A stretch of 64,000 nucleotides of DNA from Candidatus Omnitrophota bacterium. Its GTDB lineage: Bacteria > Omnitrophota > Gorgyraeia > B26-G9. The stretch is taken from positions 25,251 through 89,250 of the forward strand of contig JAHITE010000007.1 of the NCBI GenBank assembly GCA_018817585.1, written 5' to 3'. Below the pieces are notes generated by a model. The model worked only from the letters and a program-made list of their open reading frames with translations. It searched no databases and was not told the origin of the DNA. Of this stretch, positions 41,898 to 50,793 are shown in pieces (the stretch's first letter is position 1; every line of letters begins with the position of its first letter). The position numbers and the translations under genes were made by a program.

Positions 41898-42074
41898 CTT
41901 AGCTAATAACTTATGGCTCATAGCTAATAGCTCATGGAAAAAGCAGAGAACAGAAAACAGAAAAAAGCAGCGAATCGGGATTAGGACTTAGGAATTAGGA
42001 ATTGCAATTGTCCTGTGACCTTGTGACCGAAAGTTTTTAACTATTGACCATTAGCTATTGACTATCAACTATTA
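41898..42074. repeat. composite intergenic repeat element, copy A (GCTCATAG/AGCTCATGG direct repeats ... CTGTGACCTTGTGACC ... CTATTGAC x2)
   Basis: Shares the 14-mer CTGTGACCTTGTGA and the TAGCTCATGG / GCTCATAGC motifs, in the same order, with copy B at 60760-61004. Confidence 0.5.
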
Positions 42075-42560
42075 ATGAAAGGGTTTATTATGGGTGACAT
42101 ATTTTTGACCAGAGAAGGTTATGAAGAAATTAAAAAAGAGCATGAGTTATTAGTTCAAAAGAAAAGACATGAAATTTCCCGGGCAATCGGTGTGGCGCGG
42201 GAGTTGGGAGATTTAAAAGAAAATGCTGAATATCATTCAGCTAAGGACGCGCAGGGGTTGAACGAAGCTCGGATCAGAGATCTTGAAAATACTCTTAGCC
42301 GGGCAAGAATCCTTGATAATGAGAATATCGACAAAGATAAAGTTTTACTCGGGGCAAAGGTTAAAATCAGGGTAGTTAATGATAATGAAATAGAAGAATA
42401 TACCCTTGTATCAGAAGCCGAAGCGGATTTTAGCAAAAATAAGATTTCCGCTGCCTCCCCATTAGGTCAAGGCATGCTCGGGCATAAAGTGGGCGAAACA
42501 TTACAAATAAAAATCCCCGCAGGATTTATGGTGATCGAGATTTTGGAAATAAGCCGCTAA
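42075..42560 (+). CDS. greA: transcription elongation factor GreA
   Basis: LTREGYEEIKKEHE...LKENAEYHSAKD N-terminal coiled coil plus a C-terminal FKBP-like domain. Confidence 0.9.
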   Translation: MKGFIMGDIFLTREGYEEIKKEHELLVQKKRHEISRAIGVARELGDLKENAEYHSAKDAQGLNEARIRDLENTLSRARILDNENIDKDKVLLGAKVKIRVVNDNEIEEYTLVSEAEADFSKNKISAASPLGQGMLGHKVGETLQIKIPAGFMVIEILEISR

Positions 42561-42575
42561 ATAGGTTTTAATTTT

Positions 42576-43562
42576 ATGCAGAAAAAAGTTCGCGCGCTGG
42601 GTTTATTATCCGGAGGATTAGATAGTATTCTTGCGGTAAAAGTATTAGAGTCTCAAGGAATTGAGGTAACTGGTTTATCTTTCGTTACTCCATTTTTTGG
42701 AGCCAGCCTTGCCCAAAAAGCCGCGGAGGACCTTAAGATCAAGCTGATTATTCAGGATATTACAGCTGCCCATTTTAAGATGCTGAAAAATCCAGAGCAT
42801 GGATATGGTAAGACGATGAATCCTTGTATTGATTGCCATGCCTTGATGCTGAATATAGCAGGCCAGTTAATGCGGGAAAAAGGCTATAATTTTATCTTTA
42901 CCGGAGAAGTCCTGGATGAGCGGCCAATGTCGCAAAACCGGCGCTCTTTAGAAATAGTTGCCCGCGCATCAGGTTATGCTGAATATATTCTTCGGCCGCT
43001 GAGCGCTAAGTTACTTGATCCGACAAAACCGGAAATCAGCGGAATTGTTGACCGGGAAAAACTAGAGAATATCCGCGGCCGATCACGCAAACCCCAAATG
43101 GCCTTAGCCGCGCGATTTAAGGTTATTGAATATCCTAATCCCGCTGGCGGATGTTTGCTTACAGATAAAGGGTTTTCAAACAGACTAAGAGAATTGCTGG
43201 CAAAAAATAGCAATCCGGAAATAAGGGATTTGCAATTATTAAGCGTGGGTAGGCATTTTCGTTTAGGCGATGCTTATAAACTAATATTAGGCCGAGATCA
43301 GGTCGAGAATCAAAAAATAGAAAGTTATTTCACTCCAGATGACTATTTGCTGACTGTTAAAGGTATCCCCAGTCCATATTGTTTGCTTTTAGCCCAGCCG
43401 GGAGCAGGGATGTTGCTGGGCAAAGCAGCGCATATCTGTGCTGCTTATGGGGACACAGTTGATCGGCAGCAATGCATTGTTATTATAGAGCATAAAAATC
43501 AAAAAAGTGAAATTGAGGTTATTGTAAATAAAAATGATCGGACAGAGTTTAGGATTAATTAG
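42576..43562 (+). CDS. THUMP-less ThiI-like PP-loop ATPase (probable tRNA sulfurtransferase-related)
   Basis: PP-loop SGGLDS, NPCIDCH...FTGE.L...SQ...ILRPL pattern like the ThiI catalytic domain. No N-terminal THUMP domain. Confidence 0.5.
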   Translation: MQKKVRALGLLSGGLDSILAVKVLESQGIEVTGLSFVTPFFGASLAQKAAEDLKIKLIIQDITAAHFKMLKNPEHGYGKTMNPCIDCHALMLNIAGQLMREKGYNFIFTGEVLDERPMSQNRRSLEIVARASGYAEYILRPLSAKLLDPTKPEISGIVDREKLENIRGRSRKPQMALAARFKVIEYPNPAGGCLLTDKGFSNRLRELLAKNSNPEIRDLQLLSVGRHFRLGDAYKLILGRDQVENQKIESYFTPDDYLLTVKGIPSPYCLLLAQPGAGMLLGKAAHICAAYGDTVDRQQCIVIIEHKNQKSEIEVIVNKNDRTEFRIN

Positions 43563-43576
43563 AAAATTCAGGAAAT

Positions 43577-43616
43577 AAAAAAGCGGAAAAACTTATTTAT
43601 CGTTTTTCCGCTTTTT
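43577..43616. terminator. bidirectional intrinsic terminator AAAAAGCGGAAAAAC-loop-GTTTTTCCGCTTTTT between convergent genes
   Basis: Reverse-complementary arms flanked by an A-run and a T-run. Confidence 0.65.
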
Positions 43617-43626
43617 CTATTAGTGT

Positions 43627-43956
43627 TTATTCTTTTGATTTGTAAGTTGGCGCATGCAGTTCGGGAAAAGAATTTAAATCTTCGCTGCTTCCCCATTGAG
43701 AAACTTTATCATTTAAAAAGAATATTTGATAAGTCTCCTTTGTTTTTGGATCAGTTATTTCCCAAAGATCCAGTACATTTCCGTCGGCATTAACCTTTGA
43801 TCCTTTAGCAACAAAATTATTGCCAATCAGAGTCCTCACCTCGTCTTTGTGCATGCTGATCGAAAGCCGATTAATCTTTTGTCCGATTCCCGCGCAGCCT
43901 ACAAGGCTTACTGCTAAAGTTATGATAACAATAAGTGAGAAAAATTTGTGATGCAT
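43627..43956 (-). CDS. hypothetical lipoprotein
   Basis: Signal peptide with lipobox LVGC, RBS AAGGAG. 109 aa. Confidence 0.4.
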   Translation of the reverse strand: MHHKFFSLIVIITLAVSLVGCAGIGQKINRLSISMHKDEVRTLIGNNFVAKGSKVNADGNVLDLWEITDPKTKETYQIFFLNDKVSQWGSSEDLNSFPELHAPTYKSKE

Positions 43957-44373
43957 TATAAAACTCCTTTCTTTGAATTAAATTTTACTAGATAAATGAT
44001 CAATTAAATTACAATACATAGATAGCAATAATCATACCATAATTCTAAATTTAACTTAATAAACCAGTTATCGTATCTGCGTATATTTAAACGAGTTAAC
44101 TGAATACTAAAAAGTAACTATAAAACTAAAAAAAAATAACACAGGAAATTGAGAAAATTCTTTCTAAATATGAAAATTTCTTCTAGTTTATTTTATATAT
44201 TACTAAATTTGTTTTTTTTGGCAAGTAGAAAATTAAAATTTTGTAAAAGCAAAAATAAGGTTTAAACCCGATTAATCAACAAAGCTTGAATTGACTTATC
44301 CGATGACAAAGGTTAAACTAAGGGCATGTAAATATATGGGCTAAAGGCTGGAAATGACAAAAAAGGATCAGTA

Positions 44374-44490
44374 ATGAAAAGAAAATTAAAAAAGTATGAG
44401 ATTGGCGAAAAAAAGATCGATACTTTAATCAATAAACTTGCTAAGCAGTCCAGTTCTTTGGAAACAGAATATCTGCAGCAGCAGTTTTAA
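44374..44490 (+). CDS. candidate 38-aa basic peptide (MKRKLKKYEIGEKKIDTLINKLAKQSSSLETEYLQQQF)
   Basis: Preceded by promoter-like TTGACT-17-TAAACT (44291-44319) and RBS AAGGATC, inside a roughly 580-bp gene-free AT-rich tract. Confidence 0.2.
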   Translation: MKRKLKKYEIGEKKIDTLINKLAKQSSSLETEYLQQQF

Positions 44491-44540
44491 CCACAGTAGC
44501 CAAATTTGGTCAGGAGTCAAATGATCTGGCTGATTTAAAG

Positions 44541-45053
44541 ATGGTTAACAATACGCTTAAAGAATTGCGCTATTCTTTTAAAATATTCGCGCCGTATCGA
44601 AGTGTTAAGAAAGTAATAATATTTGGCTCAGCAAGATCAAAAAAAAGCTCAGCAGAATACAAACTGGCAGAACAGTTTGCTAAAAAAATTACAGCCAAAG
44701 GATATATGGTCGTAACTGGCGGCGGGCCAGGAGTCATGGAAGCTGGCAATAAGGGTGCTGAATCAGGAAAAGAATTTGCTTTAAATATTAGACTCCCCTT
44801 TGAACAATCAGCAAACCCCTATATTGACGAAAAAGATAAAATAATTAATTTTAAATACTTTTTTACCCGAAAACTGATGTTTGTCAAAGAAACAGACGCG
44901 ACTGTACTTTTTCCCGGAGGATTCGGCACCCATGATGAGGGTTTTGAAATGCTGACCTTGGTTCAGACCGGCAAAGCCAAACCGCGCCCGATAATTTTTA
45001 TAAAGTATATCATTCTATCCGTTATATTGGACAGGATACAATATTGCGCTTAA
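44541..45053 (+). CDS. LOG/TIGR00730-family Rossmann-fold protein, apparently truncated
   Basis: GGGPGVMEAGNKGA, IRLPFEQ, FKYFFTRK and PGGFGTHDE motifs. The frame ends shortly after KPRPIIF where homologues continue. Confidence 0.6.
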   Translation: MVNNTLKELRYSFKIFAPYRSVKKVIIFGSARSKKSSAEYKLAEQFAKKITAKGYMVVTGGGPGVMEAGNKGAESGKEFALNIRLPFEQSANPYIDEKDKIINFKYFFTRKLMFVKETDATVLFPGGFGTHDEGFEMLTLVQTGKAKPRPIIFIKYIILSVILDRIQYCA

Positions 45054-45259
45054 ATAAAGAAATTTCGGACAAAAAGTTAAAATCGTTGAATAAAAATTTT
45101 AAAGACATATTAAAACAAGGAGTAATTCAAAGAGCGGGACCCGCTGAAATTGAACTTGCGGCTAAAGAGTATATTGATTTGCCGCGCTTGAGTATGCGCT
45201 TTAACATGCATGATTTTTCAAGATTAAGTCAATTAATTAATGCGATTAATAAGGACTGA
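45044..45259 (+). pseudogene. displaced C-terminal fragment of the same LOG-family gene in another frame
   Basis: LKSLNKNFKDILKQGVIQRAGPAEIELAAKEYIDL resembles the LOG C-terminus. It sits in frame +2 relative to the upstream part, after roughly 38 extra nt. Confidence 0.35.
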
Positions 45260-45327
45260 TTTTGAACCTATTTTTTAATATTAAAGCATAATTAAACTTA
45301 TACAGAGAATACAAAGGAGCCTTAGCA

Positions 45328-46356
45328 TTGGAAAACCAGAAAATAAAAAAAATACTGATCTTCGGGCACAGCAATCTTGGCGATATTTGCTATGATATGG
45401 TCGTGGTTAGCCCCTTAAAAAAAGCTTTTCCCAAGGCCTTGATTAGTTTGATTACTTCTCCCAAAGGCGCTGATATCGGAAACTCGATCAAGGGTGTTGA
45501 TCAGGTGATTATCTTTGATAAGCATGGCAAGGATAAGGGTTTGCTTGGCTATTTGCGGTTCATTGCCATGGTTCGGGCTCATAAATTTGATTTAGCGATT
45601 ATTTTGCGCGATATGCAGATGCATTATTTTCTTGGTATCCGAAAAATATTAAAGTACAGAAAGAGCGCGATTGCTATAAAAGACGCGCATGTGGCGGAAA
45701 AATATCTGATGTTTTTGGAAAAACAGGGAATAAAAGTTGGCCCGGCTGAGTTTGAATTTAAATTCGCGGAGCATGCTTCGCGGTATGCGGCAAATTTATT
45801 TAAAGACAATAGTGTGGATACAAAAGCATTAAAGGTGGGAATAATGCCTTTGGCTGCCTGGCCGCTTAAATGCTGGCCAATTGAAAATTGGAATAAGATA
45901 ATTGAAAAATTAAATACCGAGTTTAACGCGAAAGTTTTCTTATTTGGCAAAACCGGGGACAGTGAATGGGATAAGCAGGTTGTTCCGAATATTTCTAAGC
46001 AAGCAATCTTAACTATTGATCAAAGCACTGTATCGCAGACAATGCCTTTGATAAAAGCTCTGGATATTTTTATTGGTTTGGACAGCAGTTTTCTCCATTT
46101 TGCCAGCTGCATGGGCATTGAAACCATTGGATTGTACGGGGCAACTGATCCGAATTTTATTTATCCTTTATTTCATAAACAGAACATTATTTTTTCAAAC
46201 GCGGGTTTGAAATGCATGCCCTGTTATCCCGGGCTGCGTGGAGGAATCTGTAATGCCCATGAGCCGGCTGAATGCATGAACGCGATATCAGTAGAGCATG
46301 TATGGCAAAAGATAACTAATATCTTAAATCAGCAGAAAAAACAAACCGCATTCTAA
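45328..46356 (+). CDS. glycosyltransferase family 9 (heptosyltransferase-like)
   Basis: ILIFGHSNLGDICYDMVVV N-terminus and the GT9 C-terminal fold. TTG start after RBS AAAGGAG. Confidence 0.65.
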   Translation: MENQKIKKILIFGHSNLGDICYDMVVVSPLKKAFPKALISLITSPKGADIGNSIKGVDQVIIFDKHGKDKGLLGYLRFIAMVRAHKFDLAIILRDMQMHYFLGIRKILKYRKSAIAIKDAHVAEKYLMFLEKQGIKVGPAEFEFKFAEHASRYAANLFKDNSVDTKALKVGIMPLAAWPLKCWPIENWNKIIEKLNTEFNAKVFLFGKTGDSEWDKQVVPNISKQAILTIDQSTVSQTMPLIKALDIFIGLDSSFLHFASCMGIETIGLYGATDPNFIYPLFHKQNIIFSNAGLKCMPCYPGLRGGICNAHEPAECMNAISVEHVWQKITNILNQQKKQTAF

Positions 46357-46372
46357 TTAAGGATCGAATCCA

Positions 46373-47191
46373 ATGCTGCTTATTGCTAAAGCAATGCTGA
46401 TTTTTATTACCGCTATTTTATTTTTATTTTTCTATGCTCGCTATTTAGAAAATAAAAGTTTGTATTATCCTGTTTTGCAGATGGAAAACACACCGGCAGC
46501 GATTGGGCTGGAATACCAGGATCTATTTTTCAATACGCAGGATCAAGTAAGGCTCAATGCCTGGTTTATTAAAGCGAAAAATTCTAAAGCAACTCTGATT
46601 TTCGCCCATGGCAATGGCGGTAATATCAGTCATCGCCTGGAAAAAATTGCTTTTTTAAATCAGCTTGGCTTGAATATTTTCATGTTTGATTATCGGGGAT
46701 ATGGTAAAAGCCAGGGAGTTCCCAGTGAAAGGGGGCTTTATCTTGATATTCGGGCAGCGTATGAATTTATTAAAAACCAAAAAATAGCAGGTCCGCTGGT
46801 TATATATGGAGAATCATTAGGCGGCGCGATCGCCATTGATCTTGCAGGGCAAAGCGATATTGTTATAGATGGTTTGATTTTAGAAGGCACATTTACCAAT
46901 GTCCAGGATATGGCCAGAACAATCTATCCTTTTTTGCCAGCGGTTTTTCTGAAAACTAAATTTGCTTCGATTGATAAAATTTCCAAAGTGAAAGTTCCCA
47001 AACTGCATTTGCATTCTCAGGATGATGATATTGTGCCGTTTGCTTTAGGCAGGAAATTGTTTAACGCGGGAAATAATCCGAAAAAATTCATTGCTTTAGA
47101 CGGTGGACACAATGACTGTTTTTTTATTTCCCAGAATTTAGTGGCAAGCAGTATAGAAGAGTTTATTGATTCTGTTTGTTCTGGATTATAA
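46373..47191 (+). CDS. alpha/beta hydrolase (Hydrolase_4 / ABHD-type)
   Basis: N-terminal TM, FAHGNGGN, nucleophile elbow GESLGG, and D/H residues downstream. Confidence 0.65.
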   Translation: MLLIAKAMLIFITAILFLFFYARYLENKSLYYPVLQMENTPAAIGLEYQDLFFNTQDQVRLNAWFIKAKNSKATLIFAHGNGGNISHRLEKIAFLNQLGLNIFMFDYRGYGKSQGVPSERGLYLDIRAAYEFIKNQKIAGPLVIYGESLGGAIAIDLAGQSDIVIDGLILEGTFTNVQDMARTIYPFLPAVFLKTKFASIDKISKVKVPKLHLHSQDDDIVPFALGRKLFNAGNNPKKFIALDGGHNDCFFISQNLVASSIEEFIDSVCSGL

Positions 47192-48476
47192 GATACCCGC
47201 GGATTGACTCCAGCTTTTTCTTGCCAATACCGTTTACTTTTATCAGATCATCAATACTTTGGTAAGGCCGTCCGGCAATGATCTTATCTGCCAGAACTTT
47301 TCCAATTCCGCTTATTGCCATAAGTTCTTTTTTAGTGCCGATATTTAAATCAACAAGCCCTTGGGTTTGGATTGCTTGATTGTTTACGGAAAGATCATCC
47401 GCTAACAGCGGTTTATTTGCTTTTTTGAAACTAAATGGTTCAGCTGAAAATAAGGCAAAAATCGGCAGATGGTCAGAATATCCTGATCCGAGATGCATGC
47501 CGGCCCCGTTTTTTGCTTTCTGCCATCTGAATACTTCTCCATGTTTAAATAAATAAGCAGGAGTAAACCGGCTGAAAGAATTATCAATATAGGCGATTCC
47601 TTTATTGTCATAAAGCCCTTGATTTAAGATTATTGAATCAGGGCTGTCTTTGGATCCGGTGGAATCATATGACCATCTTTGCGCTGCCGGTATTTCCAGC
47701 CAGAGATTATAAAGCAGCGGATTGCTTTGCTCTTGGGATAATAATTGTTCAGTGACCATTTTTGAATCAGCTGTGGTTTTAAGAATATGATTGATTCCGG
47801 TTAGACCGTCGCGGTTGTTTAAGCGCTTTATTTTCTTAATACTCTGGTATTCATTGTAGTTTGAATTAAAATCCCCTAAGATTATAAAGTCAGTATCCGC
47901 GGGTAGATGCTCAATATCTTTGCGCAGAGCCTGAGCTGATTCAATTCTCAGACTCTCAGGTCCGCTTTTTGATTTCCAGTGATTGATGTATAAGATTAGC
48001 GGGTTGTTTTCCAAGTCAATTAGCACTTTTAAAATATTTCTAGTTTTACTGTCTGGAATAAGGATTTCCTGAGTTTTTATTATCGGGTATTTGGACAGCA
48101 CAGCGCATTTTACAGTTGTATTTTTAACTTTCGCGATCGCGGAATATTTATATTCTAAATTCTTTTCCCGCAGCCTTGTCTGTAGTGATTGCAGGGCGCT
48201 TTCAGATTCAATTTCCTGTAAAGCAATAATATCAGCGTTTAAGTCTTTAAGCACAGCGGAAATATTATTCAGTTTTAAGTTAAAATTTTTTTCATTCCAG
48301 CAGAATATATTATTCGGAACATATTCAATGTATTCATTACCGGACTTTTCCAGATCAAACAGATTTTCAATATTATAAGTAGCGATTTTAAAAGTTTTGG
48401 CCTGGACTAAAGACAGAGGATTGATAAATAAAGATAATCCGATAAAAAATATTAATTTATTCTTTAACTTAAACAT
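47163..48476 (-). CDS. secreted endonuclease/exonuclease/phosphatase-family nuclease fused to a C-terminal ComEA-like helix-hairpin-helix DNA-binding domain
   Basis: Signal peptide, EEP motifs (ATYNIENL...LQEIE...GDFN...SDHLP), and a C-terminal tandem HhH (ISGIGKVLADKII...VNGIGKKKLE). Confidence 0.6.
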   Translation of the reverse strand: MFKLKNKLIFFIGLSLFINPLSLVQAKTFKIATYNIENLFDLEKSGNEYIEYVPNNIFCWNEKNFNLKLNNISAVLKDLNADIIALQEIESESALQSLQTRLREKNLEYKYSAIAKVKNTTVKCAVLSKYPIIKTQEILIPDSKTRNILKVLIDLENNPLILYINHWKSKSGPESLRIESAQALRKDIEHLPADTDFIILGDFNSNYNEYQSIKKIKRLNNRDGLTGINHILKTTADSKMVTEQLLSQEQSNPLLYNLWLEIPAAQRWSYDSTGSKDSPDSIILNQGLYDNKGIAYIDNSFSRFTPAYLFKHGEVFRWQKAKNGAGMHLGSGYSDHLPIFALFSAEPFSFKKANKPLLADDLSVNNQAIQTQGLVDLNIGTKKELMAISGIGKVLADKIIAGRPYQSIDDLIKVNGIGKKKLESIRGYLIIQNKQNQ

Positions 48477-48584
48477 AAATATTATTAAATTAATAATTAG
48501 AAATTAGATGTATAATTCAAGAGTCAAGTTTACATAAAAAGTTAGGGTTAAACCTTACACATCTCCCAAATAATACAAATTTAA

Positions 48585-49076
48585 TCAGCATATTCTTAAT
48601 TGCCTTAAAGCTTCTTTTGCCGCGTCTTTAATGTTTATGATTTCATCAGGATCAGCAATTAATTTAGTTAATGCGCCGATAGCTGATTTGTCTCCGATTT
48701 TAGCAAGATTAAAGGCAATTAACCAGCGGACATGTTGGGATTCATCGTTTAATGCCGCGCATAAATCGGCAACTGCCGATCTATCCTTGATTGTGCCTAA
48801 GGCGCTGGCAGCCGCGCCGCGCACGCTTTCATCAGTGTCTTTTAAAGCCTGAATCAAAGCCGGAACACTGCTTTGATCAGATAACCCTTTTTGAAAGCAC
48901 TGAGCTGCAGCTTGGCGGACTAGAGCGGAGCCATCTTTTAAGAGCATTTCAGTAAGTTTGGGGATAACTGATTTGTCACCTAAATAAGCTAAGTTTTTTA
49001 TTGCCCGTTTGCGGGTAACAGGATGAAAGTCTTCTAAATTAGCTAATAATTTTGAAAGTGGATTGTCAGCAGCCAT
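48585..49076 (-). CDS. HEAT-repeat (PBS-lyase-type) protein
   Basis: Repeated ..VR..AA.ALG.IGD..A...L motifs across 163 aa. Confidence 0.55.
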   Translation of the reverse strand: MAADNPLSKLLANLEDFHPVTRKRAIKNLAYLGDKSVIPKLTEMLLKDGSALVRQAAAQCFQKGLSDQSSVPALIQALKDTDESVRGAAASALGTIKDRSAVADLCAALNDESQHVRWLIAFNLAKIGDKSAIGALTKLIADPDEIINIKDAAKEALRQLRIC

Positions 49077-49081
49077 GGAGC

Positions 49082-49624
49082 TTATTGCCTTATTTGTTTT
49101 GCCGGAGGAGCTGGCGGCGGAATATATACTGGTTGTTGTCTGAGTGTTTGCAATAGCTGCTGAGTCTGTATTTGCATCTGCGTGTTTTGGTAAAACTGAT
49201 AAGTGCGGATAATATCCATGGTTCTTCTGTTTTCTTCGGCTTTGGTCGCCGCGTTTTGCAAAGACTCCTGGTTTTCCAGTAAAGTTATTTCCTCATCGTC
49301 AAATACTCCGAGATTAAGCAGTTCCTGGAAAATTTTATCCGGATTATCTTCAGTGCATAAATATAATTCTGAGTCAACAAAAATCAAGACCCATTCTTCT
49401 GGTTTGCCGGAAAGAGAATGGCCTTTTTTAAAACTATATTTCCATAATTCTACAGGATAATTTTTTGGCGTAGAGCCAGCCTGGATTTTTTCCAAAGGAT
49501 TTCCCCAAAGTTCGATTACGGCTTTGGGCGTAAGACTATTTTTAAGCATAGGGATTCTGGCTGTAGTTTTGCAGCCGCCAAGGAACAAAGCACTGATCAT
49601 AAAGATAAGAAGTAATTTTTTCAT
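49082..49624 (-). CDS. hypothetical lipoprotein
   Basis: I prefer the internal start MKKLLLIFMISALFLGGC (lipobox) at 49624, which leaves only a few nt between the -10 and the start (near-leaderless). Confidence 0.4.
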   Translation of the reverse strand: MKKLLLIFMISALFLGGCKTTARIPMLKNSLTPKAVIELWGNPLEKIQAGSTPKNYPVELWKYSFKKGHSLSGKPEEWVLIFVDSELYLCTEDNPDKIFQELLNLGVFDDEEITLLENQESLQNAATKAEENRRTMDIIRTYQFYQNTQMQIQTQQLLQTLRQQPVYIPPPAPPAKQIRQ

Positions 49625-49745
49625 ATATACTGAATCTAGCATAAAAAAATGCAATTGTCAAAAAAAGCAAAAACATATTACACAATTGCGCGGTATCTGC
49701 TTCAGGTTTGCAGGCGAAGCAGTGAAAAATAGAGTCGCGAAAGGT

Positions 49746-50627
49746 TTATAATGTATTTAGCTTCTGAAGGTTTTCACTATTCTCGTTATCGGGTACAGGC
49801 CATGCGCCGTTTGCTGAGATTATAGCCTGTCCTGCTTCGCTGCACTCAAACTTCAGGAAATCTTTAACTGCCGGGGTCAGCTTATCAATAGGTATATATT
49901 GATACATTTTTCTTTTTAAAGGATAAATCCCGTTGCTGATAACCGTCTGATCAAAAGGGTTAAGCGGCGTATACCCGGTTTTTAATGCTAAATCAAGGGT
50001 AGCAATCGCGGGATATTTTGCGTAGGCTAATCCGACAAATCCGATTGCCGCGGCATTAGTTTTAATTATTTCTGTTTCAGCAGCGTCAGTTATCTGCTGC
50101 ATTGATTTGTCGTATGCGTCAATTTTTAGCTTTTGTTGGAAAAATAAGGCTTGGGCGGAACTTAATTCTCTTCCCAAAAGAACAATCAAAGAGTCATTGC
50201 CGCCAACTTGCTTCCAGTTTTTTATTTCTCCAGAGTAAATTTGCCGGACTTGTTCCAGGGTAAGGGCTTTTACCGGATTTGCTTTATTAACAATAACGCA
50301 GACATTATCATGCGCCAGGATTAATTCAATAAATTTGCGTTTGCTTTCCATAAGAGCCAGGATATCTTTGTTCTGTATCCGGCTGGAAGCATTGGCAATT
50401 GTTATTGTGCCATTTTGTAATTGGATAACTCCATCGGCTGTATTGCCGCCCTTAACGTCAATATTTATTCCAGGATGCTTTAGAGTATAATTAGATGCTA
50501 AAATATCAACAAGCTGAAGCATAGGTTCTGAACCCGATATTTTAATTTCCTCAGCATGAGTATTTTTAGAACTTAAGCTTAGAAACAAGACAATTACTAA
50601 AAGACATAGAAAATAGTTATTTTTCAT
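49746..50627 (-). CDS. PstS-family (PBP-like) periplasmic substrate-binding protein
   Basis: Signal peptide plus a PBP_like_2 pattern (KISGSEPMLQLV...GGNTADGVIQL...IANASS). RBS AGGAGG. Confidence 0.6.
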   Translation of the reverse strand: MKNNYFLCLLVIVLFLSLSSKNTHAEEIKISGSEPMLQLVDILASNYTLKHPGINIDVKGGNTADGVIQLQNGTITIANASSRIQNKDILALMESKRKFIELILAHDNVCVIVNKANPVKALTLEQVRQIYSGEIKNWKQVGGNDSLIVLLGRELSSAQALFFQQKLKIDAYDKSMQQITDAAETEIIKTNAAAIGFVGLAYAKYPAIATLDLALKTGYTPLNPFDQTVISNGIYPLKRKMYQYIPIDKLTPAVKDFLKFECSEAGQAIISANGAWPVPDNENSENLQKLNTL

Positions 50628-50793
50628 TTTAAATTCCTCCTATGCTTTATTATTAGCATAAAAAAAAATAATTGTCAAAGAATACAGTTTATTTTTCAAG
50701 ACCAAAGCAATATATATCACAGCAGGTTGGTTTATAAATATCAGAAATTCTCGCCCAGCCCAGTAAAATATAGTGGCAGGCTTTTAAATAATG

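Noticed and set aside
43957-44373. oriC-like region (AT-rich, TTATCCGAT resembling a DnaA box)
   Set aside because: There is a single imperfect DnaA-box-like 9-mer, no dnaA or dnaN neighbourhood, and no clustered boxes. An ordinary AT-rich spacer is more likely.
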